NCBI GenBank assembly: GCA_963829055.1
Contig: CAWHHI010000008.1
Span: forward strand, 256,001-320,000
Direction: 5' to 3'
Source: an uncultured Gemmatimonadaceae bacterium
Lineage (GTDB): Bacteria; Gemmatimonadota; Gemmatimonadetes; Gemmatimonadales; Gemmatimonadaceae
DNA length: 64,000 bases
This document shows, piece after piece, positions 21,942 to 31,022 of the stretch. The number at the start of each line of letters is the position of its first letter. Positions within the stretch are counted from its first letter, which is position 1. The notes under the pieces are model-generated. The model saw only the letters and a list, made by a program, of their open reading frames with translations, was not told the DNA's origin and did not search any database. Both the position numbers and the translations under genes were made by a program.

Positions 21942-22607
21942 TCATCGTTTGATACGGAGTCGGCGTGACGGAGGCGTCAGCGGACGCAGGCCGTGCAGGA
22001 ACAGCTCGACCGCCGAGTCGGCGAGACGGTCCTGGGAGACCGTGAGGCCAGGAACCTGCTTGGCGTATTGCTGCCACACCGTCTGCTGCAGCAAGCCGGA
22101 CACCAGCAGCCGCGCAGCAACATCGCCGTCGGCATCGGAACGAAAGTCGCCGCTTGCCTGCCCCTCGCGGACGAGCGTCGCGATGACTCGAGCGGCGGCG
22201 GTCGGCCCACCGGCTAGCCATCGTCGATACGCCTCGGGTGCCTCGTGGGCGATCCCCTGGAGCAGCAGCGTGACGACTGCCAGGCGTTCCTTGGTGAGCG
22301 ACCCGAACCACGCGCGGATGATGAGACGAACGCGCGTGGAGACGGGCGCGGTCTTGTCGCGAAGGATCTCGTCGATCCGCCCGAGCGCGGCCTCGCGTCG
22401 ATGATCGATCGCGCGGAGCAACAGCTCTTCCTTGTTCGCGAAGTAGTGGTAGATGGTGCCCTTCGTGACGCCGGCCGCTTCTCCGACGTGCTCGAGACGC
22501 GTGTTCCGATACCCTCGCTCCGCGAACACGGCGAGCGCGGCGTCGAGGATCTCGTTAGGCCGGTCGTCGGGGCGACGCTCCCAGCGAAGTGCTTTGGCGG
22601 GCGGCAT
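21942..22607 (-). CDS. TetR/AcrR family regulator
   Basis: ILDAALAVFAERGY, AGVTKGTIYHYFANKEEL. Confidence 0.93.
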   Translation of the reverse strand: MPPAKALRWERRPDDRPNEILDAALAVFAERGYRNTRLEHVGEAAGVTKGTIYHYFANKEELLLRAIDHRREAALGRIDEILRDKTAPVSTRVRLIIRAWFGSLTKERLAVVTLLLQGIAHEAPEAYRRWLAGGPTAAARVIATLVREGQASGDFRSDADGDVAARLLVSGLLQQTVWQQYAKQVPGLTVSQDRLADSAVELFLHGLRPLTPPSRRLRIKR

Positions 22608-22651
22608 GGACGGGTGTATGCGGTTCGGATCGGGAACGACGGACGTACGAG

Positions 22652-22673
22652 TTATCTACTCTGGAGTATAATA
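22652..22673. promoter_or_regulatory. Candidate TetR autoregulatory operator
   Basis: TTATCTACTctggAGTATAATA, 45 bp upstream of the tetR start. Confidence 0.55.
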
Positions 22674-22674
22674 T

Positions 22675-22935
22675 AAACGGCGCAGGCTCTAACGGCGCGA
22701 AATGCCAGACGGCGCGAAATCCCGAACGGCGCGGAATCCCGAACAGCGCCAGATGCCAAAGGGCGCGGAATCCCAGAAGGCGCCAAACGGCGGTGCCGTC
22801 CGCTTTTGTCGCCGTTCGTCTTTGTCGCCGTTCGGGATTTCGCGCTGTCTGGGATTTCGCGCCGTCTGGGATTTCGCGCCGTCTGGGATTTCGCGCCGTT
22901 CGGCATTCCGCGCCGTTAGAGCCCTTGCGCCGTTT
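22675..22935. repeat. Two inverted tandem arrays of a 17-bp unit forming a ~260-bp palindrome
   Basis: ~5 x ACGGCGCGAAATCCCAG-like units, then ~5 x GGGATTTCGCGCCGTCT; outer arms AAACGGCGCA..CTCTAACGG / CCGTTAGAG..TGCGCCGTTT. Confidence 0.9.
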
Positions 22936-22952
22936 CGCTCTTTAAGTGCTCC

Positions 22953-23987
22953 TCAGCCGTAAACCGTAACCGGTGGCGTATTCAGCCGCGGATTCAGCCG
23001 CTGATGCCAGTACGGGTAGATCGGTCGTCGCTGGCTCACACGGTCCAGCTTCTCCATGTGGGCGGCATTCAGCGTCCACCCAACCGCGCCGAGATTCTCG
23101 CGCAACTGCGCCTCGGTCCGCGCGCCGATCACAACGCTCGCCACCGTGGGCCGCGTGAGCACCCAGTTGAGCGCGACCTGCGACACGCTGCGCCCGACAT
23201 CACGGGCGACGTCCTCCAGCACGTCCACGATGTCGTACAGCTTCTCGAGGTCCCCCGCGCGCTCGAGCCCGAGCTGACTCACGCGCGTGCCGTCCATCAC
23301 CGGCGCGCCTCGGCGCACCTTCCCGGACAGCGCACCGCCAGCCAGCGGACTCCAGACCACCGTCCCCACACGCTGGTCGAGCGCCAGCGGCATGAGCTCC
23401 CACTCGTACTCGCGCGACACGAGCGAGTAGTACGCCTGATGCGCGACGTACGATGTCCAGCCGTAGCGCTCGGACGTCGCGAGCGACTTCATGAGATGCC
23501 AGCCCGAGAAGTTCGAGCACCCGATGTATCGAACCTTGCCGCTCCGGACGAGGTCATCCAGCGCGCGAAGCGTTTCGTCCACCGGCGTGTTCTCGTCGAA
23601 CCCGTGCATGTAGTAGACGTCGACGTGATCGGTCCCGAGTCGCCGCAGGCTGTCCTCGCAGGCGCGCATGAGGAAGTGGCGCGACGACCCGACCTCGTTA
23701 GGCCCGCTGCCCATGGGGAACGTGGCTTTCGTCGCGAGGAGAATATCCTCACGGCGCCCCGCGATGGCGGCACCGAGAATCTCTTCGGCGCGACCGGTAG
23801 AGTACGAATTGGCGGTGTCGAAGAACGTCGCGCCGGCGTCCACGCACATATCGACCATCCGCTTCGCCTCGGCCACGTCGGTGCTGCCCCACGCGCGGTA
23901 GAAGTCGTTACCGCCGCCGAACGTGGCGGTGCCGAAGCTCAGTACGGGCACGCGCAACCCGGCACGGCCCAGCTGCCGAAATTCCAT
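22953..23987 (-). CDS. Aldo/keto reductase
   Basis: FFDTANSYSTG, SLRRLGTDHVD, GKVRYIGCSN, WSPLAGG. Confidence 0.95.
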   Translation of the reverse strand: MEFRQLGRAGLRVPVLSFGTATFGGGNDFYRAWGSTDVAEAKRMVDMCVDAGATFFDTANSYSTGRAEEILGAAIAGRREDILLATKATFPMGSGPNEVGSSRHFLMRACEDSLRRLGTDHVDVYYMHGFDENTPVDETLRALDDLVRSGKVRYIGCSNFSGWHLMKSLATSERYGWTSYVAHQAYYSLVSREYEWELMPLALDQRVGTVVWSPLAGGALSGKVRRGAPVMDGTRVSQLGLERAGDLEKLYDIVDVLEDVARDVGRSVSQVALNWVLTRPTVASVVIGARTEAQLRENLGAVGWTLNAAHMEKLDRVSQRRPIYPYWHQRLNPRLNTPPVTVYG

Positions 23988-24013
23988 CGGTCGTCTCCGT
24001 AGTGGAAGAGCCA

Positions 24014-24168
24014 TGTCATTCCGAGCGGAGCCGCGAAGCGGCGCGGAGTGCCCTCTGGGCGCATCGAGGAATCGCGATCGTCCCGGTAGAGGGCTCTCTA
24101 CCTACACGGTCTCGATTCCTCGACTCGCTCCGCTCGCTCGGAATGACAACTCCGCTCGGAATGACAAC
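24014..24168. repeat. REP-like long palindromic intergenic element, copy 1
   Basis: TGTCATTCCGAGCG...CGCTCGGAATGACA ends; inner TCGAGGAATCG/CGATTCCTCGA and GGTAGAGGGCTCTCTACC hairpin. Confidence 0.85.
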
Positions 24169-24173
24169 GCTAG

Positions 24174-26090
24174 TTAGGCACCACGACCCGGGCGTCCACC
24201 GCGGGTCGGTCCACGCGTGATGAACGTGAGCACGAGCCGGCCGTTCACGAGCGCGTCGCGGTCCAGCGGCGTCAGAACCGTCGATCCTGACGCCGCCGTG
24301 GACACCGGACCGATCAGCTGCTGCACGACGCGCGCACGGCCGCCCGCATCGCGGCGACGCAACACGACCGCCTGCACCCTCGTCGCCGGGACGCCGCTCA
24401 CCGTGACGGCGTGTCGAAGCGTGCTCGTCACGGGGTCGAACGTGAACGCTGCACGCGCCATTGCCGCGGTCGGACCACCCTGCGCCGCACGCGCCGTCGT
24501 GGAAAACGCCACTGCCGTCGGCGCATGGCCGTTCACGAGCGGCGGGGTCGAGAACGGAGGCCGACGCCGCGGCCCGAGCTGCTCGAACGCGTAGCCTAAC
24601 GACACGAGTCTGACATCACTGAACGCGCGGCCGAGCAGCTCGATGCCGACCGGGAGGCCATCACTCGTGAAGCCCGCGGGAACGCTCAGCGCCGGAAGAC
24701 CCGTCTGTGCACTCAGCCCGCAGGTACTGCCCAGCTGAACGTCGCCGGGAAATACCGGCCTGCGCCGCATCGTCGGATAGACGAGCGCGTCGAGTCCCAG
24801 GCTGTCCATGATGGCGACGACGCGCGCGCGCAGCACCGCCTGACGCGCGAGCGCTCGTCGATACGGCGCGTTGTCACGCGTCCCCAGACTGTCGGCGAGC
24901 TTGAAGCGCGCCTCGAGTGCACTGCTCTCGAGTCCACTGGCGAGAATGTCGCCGATGGACTTGACCGACTCACCCGGCGTCTTCGCCAGGTAATCGATCA
25001 TGTCGTACTTGTGCTCGAAGTTGATGACGCTCGTTCCTGCGACGAGACTGTCGAAGTTCGCGATGTCGATGCGCACGGTGTCGGCGCCCGCAGCCTTCAT
25101 CGCGCGAACCGCGGCCCGCACCGTGTCGATGATGTCGCCGTCGGCATCGGTCATGTAGTTCGCGAGAATTCCGATCCGTGCGCCGCGTAAGGCATCTGCC
25201 CGCAAGGAATCGGTGAAGCGTGGAATCGGGCGTCCGACCAGCACCCGCGTCGAAGAGTCCGCGGAGTCCGCGCCGACGGAGACGTCGAGCGCGATCGCGA
25301 GATCGGTGATCGTCCGCGCGAGCGGGCCGGGAATGTCCTGCGTGTGCGAGAGCGGCATGACGCCGCTGCGGCTCACGAGTCCTTGCGTGGGCCGCAGTCC
25401 GGCGAGACTCCCGAACGCCGACGGAATGCGAATCGATCCACACGTGTCGGATCCCCAACCGACCGCAGCGAAGCTCGCGGCGATCGCCGCGCCGGTGCCA
25501 CCGCTCGAGCCACCGGGACAGCGTCGCGGATCGTACGGATTCCGCGTTTGCCCGCCGAGGGAGCTGATCGTCGTGATGCCTGCGGCCAACTCGTGCATGT
25601 TCGACTTGCCGAGGATGATCGCGCCGGCGTCGCGCAGCCTGCGGACGACGAATGCATCGTCACGCGTCTGATGATTCGCGAGCGCGAGCGAGCCGCCGCT
25701 GGTTGGCAGATCGGCGGTGTCGAAGTTGTCCTTGATGATGACGGGAATCCCGTGCAGCGGGCCCCTCACCTTGCCACTGCGTCGCTCGGCGTCGAGCCGT
25801 CGCGCGTCCGCGCGCGCGTTCGGGTTGAGCCGGATCATGGAGTTGAGCTGCGGCCCGCGGTGATCATACTCCGCGATCCGGGCGAGATACGCATCCACGA
25901 GCGCGACGGCCGTGGTGCGGCCGTCGGTCATGTCGCGCTGCAGATCGGTTATCGTCGCCTCGTGTACCTCGACACCTCGCGGCTGTTGCGCTGCCTGGGC
26001 CGGCAGGATACCGACAGCCGAGCCTATCGCGATGACGAGCGTGACCGCCGCTCGGCGGGGATGCGTTCGGCGAACGAGATCTGATGACAC
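24174..26090 (-). CDS. Secreted amidase-signature enzyme with CHRD-like C-terminal domain
   Basis: Signal peptide; GPLHGIPVIIKDN, GGSSGGT, GSDTCGSIRIPS; C-terminal beta-rich domain. Confidence 0.88.
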   Translation of the reverse strand: MSSDLVRRTHPRRAAVTLVIAIGSAVGILPAQAAQQPRGVEVHEATITDLQRDMTDGRTTAVALVDAYLARIAEYDHRGPQLNSMIRLNPNARADARRLDAERRSGKVRGPLHGIPVIIKDNFDTADLPTSGGSLALANHQTRDDAFVVRRLRDAGAIILGKSNMHELAAGITTISSLGGQTRNPYDPRRCPGGSSGGTGAAIAASFAAVGWGSDTCGSIRIPSAFGSLAGLRPTQGLVSRSGVMPLSHTQDIPGPLARTITDLAIALDVSVGADSADSSTRVLVGRPIPRFTDSLRADALRGARIGILANYMTDADGDIIDTVRAAVRAMKAAGADTVRIDIANFDSLVAGTSVINFEHKYDMIDYLAKTPGESVKSIGDILASGLESSALEARFKLADSLGTRDNAPYRRALARQAVLRARVVAIMDSLGLDALVYPTMRRRPVFPGDVQLGSTCGLSAQTGLPALSVPAGFTSDGLPVGIELLGRAFSDVRLVSLGYAFEQLGPRRRPPFSTPPLVNGHAPTAVAFSTTARAAQGGPTAAMARAAFTFDPVTSTLRHAVTVSGVPATRVQAVVLRRRDAGGRARVVQQLIGPVSTAASGSTVLTPLDRDALVNGRLVLTFITRGPTRGGRPGRGA

Positions 26091-26132
26091 GCGCGCTCCT
26101 CGAGTCGTGGGTCGGCGCGCCTCACCAGAACC

Positions 26133-27800
26133 TCACCGAGGCGCCGGGAACGAGGATGCAGCCGGCGAAATGCGCCCGCCAGTGACTGACGAGACATCCA
26201 CGGAATCATGTGCGTCGTCGCCGCTCAGTCGCGCCGATTCGCGGTGCAGCATCTCGACTACTGCCTGGAACAGCTCTCTCGCGTGTGCAGGCGTCCGACC
26301 GATACACACTGCGCCGACCTTTCCGAACTCCGGCAGAGCGCCCAGCAGGTGGAACACGGCACCGCATTCGACGGCAGGGTCGTACGCCAGCCCGCATCGC
26401 TGCGCCGCGGAGAGCACGTCTTCCGGAGCCAGTGCGGCGAACGACGGATCACACAGGTTGTCGGATGCCACGTAGTAGCACGGCCGGCCCGACGCAGTCC
26501 GATACAGCCCGGTTGCTGCGTCGTATGCGCCGTCGGTGAGCATCTGCAGCGCGAGATACGGGTGGGTCGTCCCGCCCTTCCGGAGGTTGATCTCGATCGC
26601 ATGATGGACCCACTGATCCGGGGCGTCATGCAACCGCGTCGACACGAAGTCGATCCCGAATCTCGCGACGACGCCATCCTCGGCGAGCACCGCCGTCACG
26701 CGCTGCGCGGCGTCGTGGAGCCCGGGGCAGCAGGACGCTTCCGCGGGAAAGGTGCACCCGAGGTAGATCTGTCCCGTGGCGCCGCCGAGCACCTGATCGT
26801 GCGTCGAGATGATCTGCGTCTCGCCGATCGGGCTGATGCGACATTGCACGGACGGTGAGCGCTTCTCGACGCCGTCGACATACGCTTCGACGATTCCGCC
26901 GAGGCGCGCGAACTCGTCGCTGTACGCGTCCCATGTCTGGTCGGCCGCAACGCAGCGAGCACGCACCGGGAGCTCGCGCCGGACCCACGATTCGAGCTCC
27001 GCGCCCGCGGGGGCACCGTCATACGAGAAGATCGCGTTCCCCTCCCCGGAGAATCCCTCCTCGAGCTTGATCACCGCCTTCCGCAGCCTCGGATGCTCGC
27101 GCTTGAGCGCGACGAGCGCGCGGCGCAGATCATCGTCGCCGCGCAGGTGCTCGTACCCCGGCGGCATCCCGACGCCGGCTCGGCGAAAGACCTCGCGGCT
27201 GCCGCTCTTCGTACCAAGGTGGGCGAGGGTGGGATCGCAGCCGTAGAGCGGCAGGCCGAGGCGCACCGCAAGCGTCCGCTCCAACGTGGTCGCATTGAAG
27301 CACGTGAGATGCGCTGCCGCGGGGTCGCTCACCAGCTCCCGAATTCGCGCTAGCAAATCCGGCCGCGCGAGCATCTTCTCGGTCAGCGGGGCGGGAGACG
27401 CGTCATTGCAGGTGAGCATCGTTAGGCGGGATCGCGCATCCGCCAGCGCGACGCCGCGAAGGAGTCGCAGATAGTAGTCGACGATCGCGGGCGCGATCGG
27501 CTCGCTGGTGACGTACACGACGTGCGTCGCTGGCAACTGCAGCAGCAGGAGAAGACAGAGAAACCGCTCCTCGTAGTGCGACGCCCCGACCAGCTTCGTC
27601 AGCTCCTCGCGGTCGAGCGACATGCTGGGAATGACGATGACGGTTCGCGGCGCCCGCCGATCAGAGAACACCCGGCGGTACATCGGCGCGAGCGCGCCCT
27701 GCAGTTCGGCAAACGCGCGAAGCTCATCAGCAGAGCCGGGCGATGGCCCAAGCGGCGAAGCCGGAATGGCGGGGCTGGCGGGAACGTCGACTACAGTCAT
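26133..27800 (-). CDS. Pgm1-related ATP-grasp peptide ligase
   Basis: YEERFL, GTKSGSREVF, KLEEGFSGEGNA, SPSVQ, RFGIDF, EINLRKGGTTHP, YYVASDN. Confidence 0.8.
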   Translation of the reverse strand: MTVVDVPASPAIPASPLGPSPGSADELRAFAELQGALAPMYRRVFSDRRAPRTVIVIPSMSLDREELTKLVGASHYEERFLCLLLLLQLPATHVVYVTSEPIAPAIVDYYLRLLRGVALADARSRLTMLTCNDASPAPLTEKMLARPDLLARIRELVSDPAAAHLTCFNATTLERTLAVRLGLPLYGCDPTLAHLGTKSGSREVFRRAGVGMPPGYEHLRGDDDLRRALVALKREHPRLRKAVIKLEEGFSGEGNAIFSYDGAPAGAELESWVRRELPVRARCVAADQTWDAYSDEFARLGGIVEAYVDGVEKRSPSVQCRISPIGETQIISTHDQVLGGATGQIYLGCTFPAEASCCPGLHDAAQRVTAVLAEDGVVARFGIDFVSTRLHDAPDQWVHHAIEINLRKGGTTHPYLALQMLTDGAYDAATGLYRTASGRPCYYVASDNLCDPSFAALAPEDVLSAAQRCGLAYDPAVECGAVFHLLGALPEFGKVGAVCIGRTPAHARELFQAVVEMLHRESARLSGDDAHDSVDVSSVTGGRISPAASSFPAPR

Positions 27801-28081
27801 GATTCCACTCCGTCGCGCGATCGAGGTGATCAGGATGAATGCACCCGTGCGACCGCCAGGTCAGTCGGGCAACGGCGCGCCATACGTGGTGGATCCCCGC
27901 ACGCGAGCTCGACAGCAGCGTTGCGCGGCCGAGCGTCCCCGGGGCGACCGACGACGGGGTTTCCCCTATGGCCACTGCGGGGTTTTGCCGACTGCCTCCG
28001 CCCGAGAGGCGTGGTACTAGTTCAGAGCGCGGCTGGGTGTCGTCTGCCGGATGGACCGCGCGAAGACGATGGGGAGGTCTG

Positions 28082-28432
28082 ATGCGAGCGAACGAGTTGA
28101 ACCGAACGATCCTGGTACCGATTCTCGATGGCGATATCACCGAGGAGACGCTCGGGATCGCGATGCCGTTGGTGGCCAGGGAGCGAACGCGCCTGGTGTT
28201 GGTGCACGTCACGCCGACCGCGGAAGCGGAATCGGCCGAGCGTCACCCGTGCGGCCGTCACGCTCCGATCAACCCGCCAGTCAACCGCCGTTGGCAGCGT
28301 CTCGCATCGGCCGCGCCGCAACGCACCTTCGTCGAGGCTGTTGCGGGCGACCCCGCAATGGTGGTGCGCGAGGAGGCCGAGCGATTCGGCAGCGACACGA
28401 TCGTGGTGAGCCCGCCTGCGTTCGAACCGTGA
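28082..28432 (+). CDS. Universal stress protein-like
   Basis: RTILVPI, LVLVHV, GDPAMVVREEAE..DTIVV. Confidence 0.6.
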   Translation: MRANELNRTILVPILDGDITEETLGIAMPLVARERTRLVLVHVTPTAEAESAERHPCGRHAPINPPVNRRWQRLASAAPQRTFVEAVAGDPAMVVREEAERFGSDTIVVSPPAFEP

Positions 28433-28448
28433 CCAATCCGGAGGCAAC

Positions 28449-28910
28449 ATGCTGACCGATCCGCACTTCTCTCTGCCGCGCCTAACGCGCTTCGATACGC
28501 GGGACGACGACCTGAGCACGACGCCGCTTTCACGCATCGCCCGCGAGCATGGCGTCGAGGCCGAGGCCGTTGACACGATGCTCGAGATGCTGCCGGTCGC
28601 CGTGTTCATGGTGGACCGAGACGGCCATGTGGTCTACGCGAACGCCCAGGCTCGTACGTTGCGCGCGGATCGGCTGGATCGCATCCAGTGGGCGGTCACA
28701 CGCGCATTGCTCACGGAGGACGCGGTGCGCGAAGACGACATCGAGCTTCTCGCAGACGGAAATCCGCGGCGCTGGTTGAGCGTCCTCGTGACCCCGCTTC
28801 GAACGCCAGGCGTCGGAATCACCGCCGCGTTCGTGGTGATTTCCGACGTGACGGCCCGCAAGCGGCTGGATGGCTGGACGCCCGTGATCGAGTCGCTCGT
28901 GAATCTCTGA
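28449..28910 (+). CDS. Stand-alone PAS domain protein
   Basis: LPVAVFMVDRDGHVVYAN and ISDVTARKR. Confidence 0.75.
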   Translation: MLTDPHFSLPRLTRFDTRDDDLSTTPLSRIAREHGVEAEAVDTMLEMLPVAVFMVDRDGHVVYANAQARTLRADRLDRIQWAVTRALLTEDAVREDDIELLADGNPRRWLSVLVTPLRTPGVGITAAFVVISDVTARKRLDGWTPVIESLVNL

Positions 28911-28917
28911 GCACGGC

Positions 28918-29088
28918 TGTCATTCCGAGCGGAGCGTCGAAGCGCGAGTCGAGGAGGGTTGTCATTCCGAGCGGAGCCGCGAAGCGGCGGAGTCGAGGAA
29001 TCGAGACCATCCTGGTAGAGGGCTCTCTACCCATCACAGTCGCGATTCCTCGACTCCGCGCCTTCGGCGCTCCGCTCGGAATGACAAC
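28918..29088. repeat. REP-like long palindromic intergenic element, copy 2, with partial duplicated left arm
   Basis: Same ends and central hairpin as 24014-24168; between convergent genes. Confidence 0.85.
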
Positions 29089-29093
29089 CGCTC

Positions 29094-30986
29094 CTATGAC
29101 TCGGCGGCCATCGTCTCGAGCGCCTCCCAGCGCGCCATCGATTCCGCAATCTCGGCATCGAGCGTCTCGAGCCGTTGCTTCGCGCTGACCACCGCTGCGC
29201 CATCTCGCAGGAACGCCGGGTCTCCGAGAGACGCGTAGAGCGCCTCCCGCTCTCGCTCCAACGCATCGATACGATCCGGCAGCGCCGTCAGCTCCGCCTT
29301 GTCACTGAAGGAGAGACGTCGCCGCTTCTCCGTCCGCCGCGGTGCGCGCGGTGTCGGTGGCGGCGCCGCCGGAGCAACCTTCGCGCGACGCGGCGGGCGC
29401 TGGCGAATCCAGTCGCTGTACCCGCCCACGTACTCACCGACGCGTCCGTCTTCCTCCATCACCAGCGTGCTCGTGACGACGTTGTCGAGAAACGCGCGAT
29501 CGTGGCTGACGAGCAGGAGCGTCCCCGAGAACTCGAGCAGCAGATCCTCCAGCAGATCGAGCGTCTCGATGTCGAGGTCGTTCGTCGGCTCATCGAGGAC
29601 GAGCACGTTGAACGCTCGCGTGAACAGCCGCGCGAGCAGCAGTCGATTGCGCTCACCGCCCGAGAGCGCACGAACGGGTGTGCGAGCGCGATCCGGCGGG
29701 AACAGGAAATCCTGCAGATATCCGTTGACGTGCTTGCGCCCACCGCCGACGTCCACGAAATCCGCGCCGTCCGCGATGCTCTCGAACACGGTGCGCTCGG
29801 GATCGAGCTGCTCGCGCAGCTGATCGAAGTACGCGATCTCCAACCCGGTGCCGGTGCGCACCGTGCCCGCGTTAGGCTCGAGCTCGCCGAGCAGCAGGCG
29901 GAGCAGCGTGGTCTTGCCGGACCCGTTTCGACCGATGATGCCGACGCGATCACCGCGCGTGATCGTCGTGCTGAAATCGCGCACGATGGTGCGCTCGCCG
30001 TGCGCGAACGTCACGTCCCGCGCCTCGAATACGAGACGCCCCGACCGCTCGGCCTCCGCCGCCTGTAACTTCACGGTCCCAGTCCTGTCGCGTCGCGCAC
30101 CTCGTTCCCGTCGCAACGCCTCGAGCGCGCGGACGCGTCCTTCGTTTCGAGTTCGCCGAGCCTGAATCCCCGTGCGGATCCAGACCTCCTCCTTCGCGAG
30201 CTTCTTGTCGAACTCCGCCCACTCGCGCCCCTCGGCCGCGAGCGCGGCTTCCTTCCGCTCGAGGTACGACGCGTAGTCGGTGCCCCAGTCGACGAGCTGC
30301 CCGCGGTCGAGCTCCACGATTCGCGTCGCGACGCGGCGCAGGAACGCGCGATCGTGCGTCACGAACAGCAGTGTCGTTCCGTCGTCGATGAGGAACTCCT
30401 CCAGCCACTCGATCGCCTCGATGTCGAGATGGTTCGTGGGCTCGTCGAGCAGCAGGACGTCGGGGTGACCAACGAGGGCGCGCGCCAGCAGCGTCTGACG
30501 CTTCCGTCCGCCTGACGCGCGCGCGAACGGCGCATCGGCGTCGAGCCCGAGGCGCAGCAACACCGTGTCGACGCGCGACTGAATCTCCCAGGCACGCGCG
30601 GCGTCGAGTGCGTGATGGAGCCGGTCCAATTCGCGAACGGCGGCATCGTTGCCGCCGACGGCAACGTCGTGACTCGCCTGGTGATACCGCGCGATGAGTC
30701 GTCCGGTCTCGCCCAGCCCGGCGGCGACGACGTCGAACGTCGTACCCTCGATGTCCCCGGGAACTTCCTGCTCGAGCCGGGCGACGGTGATGCCAGTTTG
30801 CCGGACAACCGCCCCGGAATCGGGAAGGGTGCTACCATCCAGGAGCCGCATGAGCGTGCTTTTCCCGGCACCATTGCGACCGAGGACGCACACGCGCTCT
30901 CCACGCTCGATCGCGAGGTCGGCGTGGTCGAGCACCGGCGGTCCTCCGAACGCAATGCTGACTTCGCGGATACTTATTACAGCCAT
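29094..30986 (-). CDS. uup: ABC-F family ATPase Uup
   Basis: Two ABC cassettes (GRNGAGKS, GRNGSGKT, LDEPTN x2), WIRTGIQARRTRNEGRVRAL, C-terminal coiled coil RWEALE. Confidence 0.92.
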   Translation of the reverse strand: MAVISIREVSIAFGGPPVLDHADLAIERGERVCVLGRNGAGKSTLMRLLDGSTLPDSGAVVRQTGITVARLEQEVPGDIEGTTFDVVAAGLGETGRLIARYHQASHDVAVGGNDAAVRELDRLHHALDAARAWEIQSRVDTVLLRLGLDADAPFARASGGRKRQTLLARALVGHPDVLLLDEPTNHLDIEAIEWLEEFLIDDGTTLLFVTHDRAFLRRVATRIVELDRGQLVDWGTDYASYLERKEAALAAEGREWAEFDKKLAKEEVWIRTGIQARRTRNEGRVRALEALRRERGARRDRTGTVKLQAAEAERSGRLVFEARDVTFAHGERTIVRDFSTTITRGDRVGIIGRNGSGKTTLLRLLLGELEPNAGTVRTGTGLEIAYFDQLREQLDPERTVFESIADGADFVDVGGGRKHVNGYLQDFLFPPDRARTPVRALSGGERNRLLLARLFTRAFNVLVLDEPTNDLDIETLDLLEDLLLEFSGTLLLVSHDRAFLDNVVTSTLVMEEDGRVGEYVGGYSDWIRQRPPRRAKVAPAAPPPTPRAPRRTEKRRRLSFSDKAELTALPDRIDALEREREALYASLGDPAFLRDGAAVVSAKQRLETLDAEIAESMARWEALETMAAES

Positions 30987-31022
30987 TCACTCACCCCCAC
31001 CCCGGTCCCGTTCTCGTAGCAC

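Noticed and set aside
22675..22935. CRISPR array
   Set aside because: 17-bp units are contiguous with no unique spacers, the orientation flips midway, and there are no cas genes
24014..24168. tRNA or known ncRNA
   Set aside because: No cloverleaf, T-loop or CCA; it recurs at 28918 as a palindromic repeat
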